A stretch of 64,000 nt of DNA from Haliotis rufescens (Eukaryota). Made by a program: the position numbers and the translations under genes. Positions 51,154 to 62,478 of this stretch are shown here, piece after piece. Numbering within the stretch: position 1 is the stretch's first letter; each line of letters opens with the position of its first letter. Under the pieces are notes generated by a model that was not told where the DNA came from, searched no databases, and saw nothing but the letters and a program-made list of their open reading frames with translations. Location of the stretch: the NCBI RefSeq assembly GCF_023055435.1, contig NW_025964372.1, positions 46,438,001-46,502,000 on the forward strand, in the 5' to 3' direction.

Positions 51154-51698
51154 AGTCTGTAATGGACAAATCAAGAAAAGAGTATGTACCTGTACCAGGA
51201 TGTAAATATGTTTTAGAGTTATCGTTCAAAGGGAAAAAGCATTGTTGGAAAGAAACGTTTCTGGACTCTTCCCCTTACTGCTGGTATGATCACTACCCCA
51301 TAGTGGATTATGTCCATTCTAATCCCCCATTATGATACAGACCTTAGGAAGCTGGTCATATAGTGCTGGAAGATTATTTTGCTGAATATACGAAGATGGA
51401 GGAGTATATAGAGAACACAAAGTAAAGACAATAATGTGTAATGTTATTCAGAAAGCAACGGCTTGGAGAGGAGTATCGAAAGGAACAGGACTGTAAATGA
51501 CACCTTGCTCACCAACACTGAAGAACCCCCAGTGGCCTTAACCACTGGAGGTGAAAAGAAATGATTGGAATTAAACTGCCTGATGTCGATTTGATCGGTA
51601 TTTTTCAGGTCGGTTTCTTGAAGACATAAAGCTGATGGTTCAAAATCTTGTTGGAGTTGGAGATCATTTTAATTGTGTTGGAATTCCATTGTATGATT

Positions 51699-51975
51699 GG
51701 GGGCACGGTTGGCCCAGTCGTCTAAAGCGTCGCGATTCGCTGTGCAGAGGTGCGTTATTGCCAAAAACCTATGATAGTGGGTTCGAATCCCGGTTCGCCC
51801 CGATTATGTTTCTAGGTTTGTCAGCACCATATCCGTGCTCGTGGGTTTCACCAAAGTGGTAAACGACTTAGACCTGCATCACTTCGGGCTTTCCTCCCAC
51901 ATTAAACTGACATGTCGCGATATAACTGGAATATTGTTAAAAGCGGGGTTAAACCCAACTCACTCACTCACTCAC
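51699..51975 (+). mobile_element. SINE family 2, full length
   Basis: tRNA-like head GGCCCAGTCGTCTAAAGCG...GGTTCGAATCC; TSD CCATTGTATGATT. Confidence 0.92.
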
Positions 51976-52505
51976 CCATTGTATGATTTGACTTGAGAAG
52001 CTCATGGCTGCTCAACTCGGGATATAGAGCAGGAGGTACGCCCACTCCCAAGGACTTGTTGTGTGGGAGTGACGTCCATCTCCAGGGGCTCAAACGGATT
52101 TATGAACCTCAACAGATGTTCAACAGGAGAAGGCACCGCCAAGTGTTGGAGTGTCCTGGCTTTTCTCCTCATCTGCTTTTTAGCCTGTTTTGATAAATGG
52201 GCTTCAGCCTGAAATATTTCTATTTCGGTTACAGAGTTTGGTTCTGGTTCTAAGTGGTGATATTTGATCAGACGGTATTGATTGAAAGTTTTGTTTGGGT
52301 GGCAGAAGTCGGTATCATTGTAGAGTTTTGAGAAGCCTGAATGGTGTCATTGATGGTAATTTGGTCATTCTTCAACCAAGAGATAGAAGATAGATGGTAT
52401 TGTATGGAGACCATAGTTACTTTGGTAACTGAAACTGGTGAAGAAGAGACGACAGCTGAATAGCTTTTTTGGGACGGAATGAGTAACTGTTTTGCCACGG
52501 TGTAA

Positions 52506-52668
52506 GAGTGAGTGAGTATGGTTTTACGCCGCTTTTAGAATTATTCCAGCAATATCACGGCGGGGGACACCAGAAATGGGCTTCACACATTGTACCCATG
52601 TCGGGAATCGAACCCGGGTCTTCGGCGTGACGAGTGAACGCTTTAACCACTAGGCTACCCGACCGACC
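52506..52668 (-). mobile_element. SINE family 1 with intact TSD
   Basis: TSD GCCACGGTGTAAGAG at 52494 and 52669. Confidence 0.92.
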
Positions 52669-53152
52669 GCCACGGTGTAAGAGATGTTGTTGGTATGCTT
52701 GGGTTTCAATATTTTGGTTTCCCGATCAAAAACAGGACAGGATTTTAATGAGGACAAGTGCTCTCCATTGTAGTTTGAAGCTAGAAGCACCTTGCCTTGT
52801 AAGTGCAAGTTTTGGACCCATGACCGAGTGTTTGACACTTGTAACATAAGACTGGATTTGGAACATAGACCTCAACTCCGATGTTAAAGTAACCTGCTTT
52901 TATTGACTTATGGACGTAAGACAAAAAGTGGAACGGTAAGTTTGGGTATTGATAATGGTTCCATCTTCTGATTTTTGGGTTAACCGCTCAACTGCGGTGA
53001 CACATAGAGTTTTTAGTTCTTCTATCTCTTCTTCTGTCATGTCTGACAGACAGCAATCTCGATCTCGAACGATTCCCCCACTACAGTTCAGTGTCTTGTG
53101 CACTGAGACAACAACCCGTGTACTTACAACAAGTGTATTAACAAACTGCTGA

Positions 53153-53395
53153 GACACGTGAAGATCCGGGGTAGAATAGGTATTCAGCAACCCATGCTTG
53201 CCGTAAAAGGCGCAACGTGATCTGGTGGTTAGGCTTGCTGACTTGGTTGATACATGTCATTGTATCCCAATTGCATTGATCGATACTCATGATGTCAATC
53301 ACTAGACTGTTTTGTCCAGACTCGATTATTTACAGACCGCCGTCATAAAGCTGGAATATTGCTTAGTGCGGCGTTTAACAACAAACAGACAAACA
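53153..53395 (+). mobile_element. Family 3 short retroelement
   Basis: Homologous to 22003-22281; inserted in a LINE ORF1 relic. Confidence 0.85.
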
Positions 53396-53824
53396 GATTG
53401 CTGTCTCCTTGCACATTGCATACTGCTTAATCCACCACGGGAAATGTTATATTTAACCTCACCACAGGCACTTTGCATATGCAAACGGGTTGAGTTTTAA
53501 AGAACTGTCACCTAGAGTTGAAATGACTTAGAACATTGCCCTAGATTATTTAATTATTGGAGATGATGAAGAAACTTTTATTAGCTTGAGATGAACCAGT
53601 GGGTGTTCTGTTAGCCATGGTATAAACATATTATTTCACATCCCTGCTCCCCATCCGCCATCGAGGGTCAACAAGGACGATGTTTCTCCAGAAATAAAGA
53701 CGTGAATAGATGTTGTTAATAGAAGGAGAATGTCAGGCTGGTTCGGACCATGGCATTTTCCTATAAAAACAAAGAAATCAGCGGTCTATAACCAGTTTGG
53801 CCCATGAGCCACCGCCTTCAGGCA

Positions 53825-54470
53825 GAGTGAGTGAGTGAGTTAAGATTTAACGTCACATCGGCAGTATTTTAGCCATATCGTGACGAATACAGTAATAATA
53901 CGTATATTTCGACAATATAAAAAGCTGTAAACGATGGACAGTACAATAACTAGAATATCAGAGTCGATTTAAAACTAGTTGAGAATATATAAAAGGTATA
54001 AGTATTAGTGAACAACACAATATAAAAATGAGCTAGAGCTCGTCAGTAACTAAAGGGAAATCACCATCCTAGGGACCATGAGGACTGACAGTACCTTTGA
54101 TTCCTGGTTGGACCCCGGCAGGATTTATATCATCCCTTTAGTCACTGGGGACAGTGTACCAATTAAGCCAAAGTTTAAAATGACGAATATTCTACGTTTA
54201 AAAACCTGGCATGCAGAAAAATACTTCGAATGATATGGGACTTACATACCCTCTTAGGGGGACAATAATTTTACGCTACTTCAACCCCCCTCGAGGGTAC
54301 AGCCACTAACAATCTGATTTATTAATTAGCACTACCAATTTAAAAAACAACAATACAGTAACTACATCAAAAATTAGAATAAGCTCTATTTCCTTTAAAA
54401 ACTTTACTTTACTAAAAAGGTCCTTCACAGTTTTTACACTGAAATATTTATCACTTGTGATGGAAAAATC
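53825..54470 (-). mobile_element. I/Nimb LINE 3' UTR fragment
   Basis: Tail TCGTCACGATATGGCTAAAATACTGCCGATGTGACGTTAAA...(ACTC)n; homologous to ~2962-3700. Confidence 0.8.
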
Positions 54471-54475
54471 TGTCA

Positions 54476-54641
54476 GAGTGAGTGAGTGAGTTTGATTTTA
54501 CGCCGCTTTTAGCAATATTCCAGCAATATCACGACAGGGGACACCAGAAATTGGCTTCACACATTGTAACCATGTCGGGAATCGAACGCAGGTCCTCGGC
54601 GTGATGAGCCAACGCTTTAACCACTAGGCTACCCGGCCGCC
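54476..54641 (-). mobile_element. SINE family 1
   Basis: A and B boxes plus tail. Confidence 0.9.
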
Positions 54642-56420
54642 TTCTTGTGGCAGAGAACTTCATCAAGGTTATTATATAATATTCTGATAAAAAAATAGTT
54701 TGATGTGATATGCACAGGGCATGGAGTGACCAGCCGATTGATAGAATCGGGCCAATTCAACTACACATCGAGGTATAGTAAGGATCAAAGTAGTGTGTGG
54801 GAGAAAGGGGACAGCTGTTCCTGGCTCCAGTGCCCGTAACAACTGGAATCACGTTCTCCATCGACACAGGGGCGCAACCCACGGCAAACAGGTTGCCGAA
54901 GTCGGTCGCCTCTTACGACCAGCAATGGGGTGCTGAGGACACATTCTACCCCGGGGCCTCACGTGGGCTTTTTTGCAGATATTCGTGCTGAGAAACATAC
55001 ATTCGATTTCTCAACTTTTCAGGTGAACATGACATGAATACGAACATTAAACGTTCGGTAGTACAATGGGATGAAGTAGGTGAAGGTACAACTACATGCC
55101 AGGTAACCTTTACTGAGTGCCTTGCAAATCAGAATGAGGAATACTCACAGAAGACAAATATCAGATATTTAATCAGTCAGAAACTCAAGAGAATCTCTTT
55201 GATATAGCTTCGGAAACATTTAAGAACACGCTGATCCGCTCTAAACTTGATTGTGGCTCCATCATCTAAAGCGGGACTTGTAAATCCAATTTAAAATCAC
55301 TTAATACAATTCACCATCAAGGCCTGAGGCTTTGTACTGGAGCCTTCAGATCTTCGCCAATTAATAGTTTGTATGTGGAAGCGGATGAACCATCCGTTAA
55401 ACACCGTCGCATTAAATAATCTTTGCATTGTATCTATAAATTATGTTCTACTTGCTCGAATCCAGCATGTCACTGTGTTTTTCATCTGCGGCTAAAATAC
55501 ATCTTGACAATATAGCCCCCACTCTTCTCCACCATGGCATTTAGTAAAACCAGAGGTGGATCTAACATTAACTGAACTAAGGCATTTTGAAACAAATCAA
55601 CTTATTTATCAACGAGAATATAATCAATAAAAAAGCTTTTACAATACCTACAAATCTTTTCAGATGGATCCAGGGATATTGACGCAGTTGCAAGTTCTCA
55701 TTTGTGGCATTTATTCATACCTCAGTTTTAAACGTATTATATTTGTTATATAGTCCCAACGGTCCCTAGAATGGTGCGTAACTTTAGTTGCTGGTGATCT
55801 ATAACCCATTTATATATTGTATTGTTGAATTCATTCTTTCAAATGCTCTCAGTTAGTTTTAAAATCAATTGAAACTGTGTTCCTCTAGTTATTATACTTC
55901 CATCGCTAACAGGTTTCATTCAAGCTGAAAATATCTGTATTTTAAATGGCTACGTTCTCGTTACGACATGGCTAAAATATTGCCCACGTGACGTTAAATT
56001 TCGACTCACTCACTCACTCTTTTTATAGGTAACAAATTGTCCTACGGTTACCTTTTCGCAATACCTGTCTTCACCTTTAGAATAACATAATATGCATAGC
56101 GGTATGATTAGGCATTAAAATTGATGCTGTCTTCAACAAAGAGGCTCTGACGACTAAGTTCATCAGACGGTAAGTAATTCCTCATTTTAATACTTGCTAG
56201 GTTTGTTGAAACAAAATGTTTCAACACAATCTGCTGTGAAATATCAGGTCACATCTGAACTCGACATCTGCTAAAATATTGACAATAAAGGAATTCGTCA
56301 CGTATCAAATTGTGAAGGTCTTAACTCAAATAGATAAAACTTATAAACCAAGCAGATGTCTCTTTTTATATACTGCGCCCCTCCTATGTTTGGTTTGCAG
56401 CTCAATCGTACCACAATACA

Positions 56421-57659
56421 TACTGAACAACAGTGACACTGAATAATATTTAATGCAAAGTAATGTATTTTACCAAGTCTGAAACAATTTCGGTTTGCAA
56501 CAGAAAAAGACTCCTGTAAGTGTTCAAATGGCTTCATGTGCCATACTGACTTCAGAAAATGCGTGATTTCATAACAAAAACATGAACATGCCAAAATGTC
56601 AATTTACAAATCAATAGCTGTGCTGTGCTGTGGGATATCTGTCCATATCTGCTGTTCCTTGAGTGTCTGTGGAACACGTGGTTGACGTCGAAGGCGCCGA
56701 TCCATCTCATCCGACATGTGCTCGGTTGGTGAAAGATCAGGGGATAGAGCCGGCCAGGGGATGACATTCACGTTGTTTTGTTGACGAGAATCCTGAACAA
56801 GTCGACCAATATGAGGCCGGCCGTTTCTATGATACAATGATTGACGTAACGTTCACCTCGACGCCGGTACACAGGAATCCGTCCATCGCTGTGGCTGAGG
56901 TGAAAACGAGACTCGTCAGTGAATAGAACTTGTCCCCACTGCATGGCCATCTAGCGTAGACGCTGTCTGCACCACTGTAGACGTGCTTGACGGTGGTTTC
57001 CTGTCGAAAAGGGATGTCTGGTGGGTCTTCTGGCGACACTCCCTGCACATCTGCGGCGACGACGTACAATTTGTGAAGATATTCGTCGAAGGCCAGGGAT
57101 GATTCTTGCACTCACTGTTGCTGGCTGGAATCGATTTCGCAGGTGTGCTTTTCGAATCCAGCTGTCTTGTCGACTATTGGTTACGCGTGGCCTGCCACTC
57201 CGAGGATGGCCTCAGACTGCATTCGTCTGTTGCCAACGTTGCCATAAACACCAAATGGTGTTTCTGTGGACGTTACATTGTCTTGCAACATCACGTTGAC
57301 TCGATCCTGCTTTAAGCATGCCAATGGCCTGCAGACGCTCATTTTCGGACAGGCGTGGCATTTCGTAGTGTTGAATAATTGCGTAATCTGGTTGTTTTTC
57401 TGAGTGGATGTTGTCAGCACGATGCTTAATAATGCATATGGAATCCCGTTAACGCACATCTATTTATACCCATTCTTGGGTACTGAAATGCATAGGGATT
57501 GCATAAAAGTCAACTTTTGCATTGAATGCATGCTTTTCTGTAGCAGTTGCGTTTTTGTGACTGGATTCCATACATGTACTACAATATTGAAAACGAAACT
57601 TTACTTATTTGACAAATACACTAAATTATTGGTGTCACAGGAACTTTTGTTGTTGAGTA
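56421..57659 (-). mobile_element. Tc1 transposon relic (paralogous insertion)
   Basis: WGQVLFTDESRF and WPALSPDLSPTEH; same flanks. Confidence 0.88.
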
Positions 57660-58936
57660 TATAATATAAAGCAAAGGTGACACCTTAGAAAACATTTGGA
57701 TGGGAGGGAATAGCATTGAAACTAAAAAAGCACACGGGATAACTCTACCGGCAGTGAAACTTTATTTCTTTGAAATGGTGATCATTTGCGATTGTAATAG
57801 GCTGCAATATATCTATCCCACATTGAATTACAAATAAAAGCAACAATACTCATTCCATATCCGTAAAAAATCTCGCCAAAAAGCAGAGTCGATTGTACGA
57901 CTCTGACAAAACTACGATCACATGTTTATCAATCAATATCAAATAGTTAAAGTTAGTACAAGTGTTCGCAAAAGGTAAGCGTGTCAAATCAACTGTTCAT
58001 AAGAAAACACACAGGAACATAAAGAGAATTGCATCGGGCATCATGTTTATTCATTGATGCATCAAATTTGGAAATGTCCACATGAGACGTGATACAAATA
58101 AGAAGTACGAATAAATTTATTTGAAAAACAGATAGAACCAAAAGACATAGAAGAAAGAAAAGAGAATATTTGTATAAATGCTAAACGAGCTAAAGTAGTA
58201 GTCCTCTGGTTTTCTGTACTCTGAAAACATAGACCATCTAACGTTAACGTACATGCATCTCAAATTGGATAATCCAATAAATAGCCGGGATAGTTGCATG
58301 TTTCTACATTTATTTTCTCTTTTGATCACAAAGCCTACAGCTGGTACAAGAAAATCCGAAAACCAAATGTTTGGCCAAGAAAACATTAATCATTTGTGTG
58401 TTTTTTTATGTCATGGCGGATTTGGTTATTTACAGGTTGTAATGGTTTTGAATATTGATGACAGTACTGCTAATCAAACTCTCTAATTTCCCAAATCATT
58501 TTAAACAACATAGTACTGACTGCAAGCAGATGGTTCAGAAAGTCACACTGAAGGCAACAAGGGAGTCACACCAGCCTACATACATACCACTGATCACAGA
58601 GTGAATAATTACTGAAGGAATCGACGTGTCACATTAATTCACTGCAAATCCACGTTTGAAAAACTTGTTACAAAGGAGATATTCCCTAACACAGTGGGAG
58701 GATCGGATGTCGAGTTCCTTCTTACACCCAAATCACCAGTAGGGACATCAGTGCCAGAAGCACGGACGTCTGGGGCAGACTTCACATGCAGACTTTCAGC
58801 GTTGTTCGTCTTTACATTGTCGTTCGCTGGCTGTACATCCGTCTTTTTCTGAAATAGGAAACCGTTATTTCGGACATTGAGTGTGGCCGTGGTGGTGATG
58901 ATAATACAGTGGGGGATCGGACGTCGAAGTTCTTTC

Positions 58937-60061
58937 TTATACACAAAACACCAGCAGGGACACCAGTGCCAGAAGCAGGAAGACCACGAACAAAACGTGG
59001 TCTGCGCGGCGGACCTTTGACGCAGACTTCACATACGGACGTTCAGTGATTTTCGTGTTTCCGAGGTCGTGTTCTGGCTGTACATCTGTCTTGTTCCGAT
59101 ATAGGTGAATATTATTGCGGACGTTTAGTGTGGCCATAGTGGTGATGATAGCCAGGCAGCTCTGACAGAGGATAAGGGTCAGGTACACAGACAGTCGACA
59201 CACGTTTCCAGACTTGGGGATCGAGTTGTTGACGAAGTTCATGAACACTGCATAGGACACAAATATTGAGATGAGGTAGGACATCTTCTCTCCGGAGTCA
59301 GCTGGTAGGAGGAACACACAGGCGTTGAGCAGAGAGAGAAGAGCCATAGGAAAGATGATACTCACTATATAGAACATGCTCTTGCGTTTCAAATAGAACT
59401 CAAACGATGCAAGACTTGATATCTGTTCCATTTCGAAGTCTACCACCTTGGTGTGTATGTCAACCAACTCCCATTCACTGTTCTCAATAAAGAAAGAAGG
59501 TAATCTCGTAATAATAGAACCGGTTCTGTCAACCCCAAGATCGAAAGTATTCACAGGCGTGAACAGGATGCTACATCGCTGCTGATCAAACGGGTACCGA
59601 GTGATGTCTATTTGACAACTGGTCTTGAAACTGTCAGTGATTATAAGTACAGCTCTTCCATCACTGGAAAGTTCTGGAGATTGTATTGAACCAGGTACAA
59701 TGCTGTCAATCCCGTTTGAGACAACCACCAAAGGTATCCACACAAACTTCTTAGAGATAGTCACATGTTCAATGTCATCATAATCAGTTTTGTTCCAAGC
59801 CAGACCAGTGTCGAACCACGTCATGATGACCCCCGCACTGGAAGTGAATGTCTGTTTGGCTGCATTGAGGCTGGAGATGGACATTGGCAAAATACTTATG
59901 TTAACCTGTATCTCATCGGAGATGATACTAATGCCATCATTAGCAGTTTCCCCTTGGAGATATGTCTTCAGTCTTCTTAATGTCATCTGGGTTCTATTGG
60001 AGACACTAGCTCCTGATAAGATGAAGAGCAGTGACAGTGTTATCGCGGACATGAAAAACAT
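58937..60061 (-). CDS. Intronless Cys-loop channel subunit, type B copy 2, 374 aa
   Basis: B-type N-terminus, Cys-loop, GEK, TM1-TM4; distinct loop C (HTKVVDFEMEQ). The ORF track extends upstream in frame to 60097. Confidence 0.93.
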   Translation of the reverse strand: MFFMSAITLSLLFILSGASVSNRTQMTLRRLKTYLQGETANDGISIISDEIQVNISILPMSISSLNAAKQTFTSSAGVIMTWFDTGLAWNKTDYDDIEHVTISKKFVWIPLVVVSNGIDSIVPGSIQSPELSSDGRAVLIITDSFKTSCQIDITRYPFDQQRCSILFTPVNTFDLGVDRTGSIITRLPSFFIENSEWELVDIHTKVVDFEMEQISSLASFEFYLKRKSMFYIVSIIFPMALLSLLNACVFLLPADSGEKMSYLISIFVSYAVFMNFVNNSIPKSGNVCRLSVYLTLILCQSCLAIITTMATLNVRNNIHLYRNKTDVQPEHDLGNTKITERPYVKSASKVRRADHVLFVVFLLLALVSLLVFCV

Positions 60062-61120
60062 GATGTCAGTGTTCGGTGGTGATGTTCGCAATGACATGTA
60101 TTGATATGCAGGTGTTATTCCATTTAGCTGTTGCTTAGGTTACTGCAGACAGTGATTATGATTGGATAGTACGCTGCCGCATGTGATTTGAGTGCACACG
60201 GATCCATTAATCAGGGAATTAAACGCCAGGAGCATTTGATCATCTAGGTAAATGCTTCATAAACAGATGCCTATTGCTATTTCTGTTAACATTCCTGCCC
60301 TCAACTTCTGTGAGCAGAGGGCTTTAAGTTTATATTGAATTATGCAGTTATGCACCAGTACTGGAAATGGTAATGTCATCGCTGTCAAGGAAACAATCTC
60401 GCTGTACTGATAAACTGAGTATTTGCAAAACATTGTTTATTGATGCTTTGCTCACAAGTCAGACGTATTATTTACATTTCCACTTCCTGCAATATGAAGT
60501 GAACCACGGAAATGTGTGATCTATTCAATGTTAAGATTAAAGGCAATTGAACCTGAAAGTACATTAATGTTATGAGTGCTCATAGAATTGAGAATCGATC
60601 GAGAGAAGGTGCCATCGGCTGATAATTTATATTATCACACCATGGGTGGGTTTCTCGGCAGGATAAATCGAACGGATAAAATCGATATCAGGATTGTCGC
60701 TTATTTTGTTTAAAAGCACTTCGTGCCTTGGCATTTGTAATTTTATCCTTATCTAAATTATGGACTGTAGGATCTTGGCGAAAATATTTTCTGCTTTCTT
60801 CATACACTTTCTGGCCTGTTTGAATTCAGTTGTGAACCATGCTTTACGAATGTGGGGATTTGCAGAGGATTTCGGAGTGGTTTGATCAGCAATATCATTC
60901 AGTAAGTCCGAAAACAACTGTCGGATCTGGAATATTCTTGCAAATGTCATGTTTTAAGTTGCCAATACACAGTACCTCATATAAGGACAAATTAGCCTTG
61001 GTAAAGTTCCACCTGGATGATGGTGGCTCATCCCTAGGGTTAACTGTTTTAAGAATAGTAGGTAAATGATCACTCCCGCAGAGGTCATCATGGACTGACC
61101 ATACAAATTCATTGTACAAG

Positions 61121-61173
61121 ATCGTCACGATATGGCTGAAATATTGCCGATGTGACGTAAAGCATAAACTCAC
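61121..61173 (+). mobile_element. Severely 5'-truncated LINE 3' tail (~55 bp)
   Basis: ATCGTCACGATATGGCTGAAATATTGCCGATGTGACGTAAAG...ACTCAC flanked by TSD TCATTGTACAAG. Confidence 0.8.
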
Positions 61174-61363
61174 TCATTGTACAAGTTTGAGTCTGTGAGT
61201 GACAGATCGAGGTCAAAATAAGTTCCAGTGGCTTGATGTAAATAAGGTCTGGAATCATCATTAAAGATACATAAGTTAATGTCAGAAAGAAAATCCTCAA
61301 TGATTTTTCCTTTAAATTTTAGCATCTGTACTCACCCACAGCAGGTTGGGTCTTTTCAGATCA

Positions 61364-61725
61364 ACCGGCTCCGTGGTCTAGATGTAGAGCGTCCGCCAGG
61401 AGAGCGGAAGGTCCGGGGCTCGATACCCGGCCGCGTCATACCAAAAGACGTTAAAAGATGGTACTTGTTGTTACCCTGTCTGGCGCTCGGCATTAAGGGG
61501 CTAAAACAAGGACTGGTCTGCTCGGAGTCAGTATCCTGTGTCTGAGTGGGGTATTCATGCTAAACTGCAGCATGGTATCTCGTTGGGCTAGCACTATAAA
61601 TCAGCATCAGTCCAGACTAGTACAAGCAGACACACACACACACTCACACATACATGCATGCCCGTCCCTATATAAGTGCAATAATCTTGGACGCGACGTT
61701 AAACCCCATTTCACCTCACCTCACC
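61364..61725 (+). mobile_element. SINE family 4 (tRNA head, Meta/MESC-like core)
   Basis: A and B boxes; CATACCAAAAGACGTTAAAAGATGGTACTTGTTG...GGCATTAAGG core; (TCACC)n tail; TSD TTCAGATCA. Confidence 0.88.
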
Positions 61726-62190
61726 GTTCAGATCATCCATGATAATGCAGGGCTTTGGAAGTTGATCATATGGATTTTGATGATCAGACTGTCAGAGGAA
61801 GGAGGGATATATAAGGAGCACAGCGTAAAAGCAATGTGCAGTCAGAAGAACAGGAACAGTTTGAGGATTTGTATTAAGAGTGACAGGGCTATGTATGATG
61901 CCCTGCAGAACCAAGATAGTTGTGCCTCCCGTTGCTTTATCTCCTGGAGGAGAAAGGAATGATAATCATCGTACTGTCTTAAAGTAAACCTATCTGTACT
62001 TTTGAGGTTGGTTTCTTGGAGATATAGTGCTGACGGCTGTAAATCTTGTATCAACAATGGGATCTCATTGAAATTATGTCAAAGTCCTCTGCAATTCCAT
62101 TGCATTAGATTGGGCAATTGAGTCATGGTGGCTCAATTTGAGATCTTTCACGTGAATGTGAGGAGGAGCTACTCCTCCGCCTGTCCTGTG

Positions 62191-62478
62191 TGTGAGTGAG
62201 TGAGTGAGTGAGTTGGGTTTAACGCCGCTTTTAACAGTATTCCAGTTATATCGCGGCGTGTCAGCTTAATGTGGGCGGAAAGCCCGAAGTGATTCAGGTC
62301 TCAGACGTTCATCACTTCGGTAAAACCCACGAGCACGGGTATGGTGCTGACAAACCTAGAAACATAATCGGGGCGAACCTGGATTCGAACCCACAATGGT
62401 AGGTTTCTGGCGTGCCCAAGGGACGCAACTCTGTACAGCGAATCGCGGCGCCTTAGACGACTGGGCCACCTGTGCCCC
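62191..62478 (-). mobile_element. SINE family 2, full length
   Basis: TSD CCTGTCCTGTG. Confidence 0.9.
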
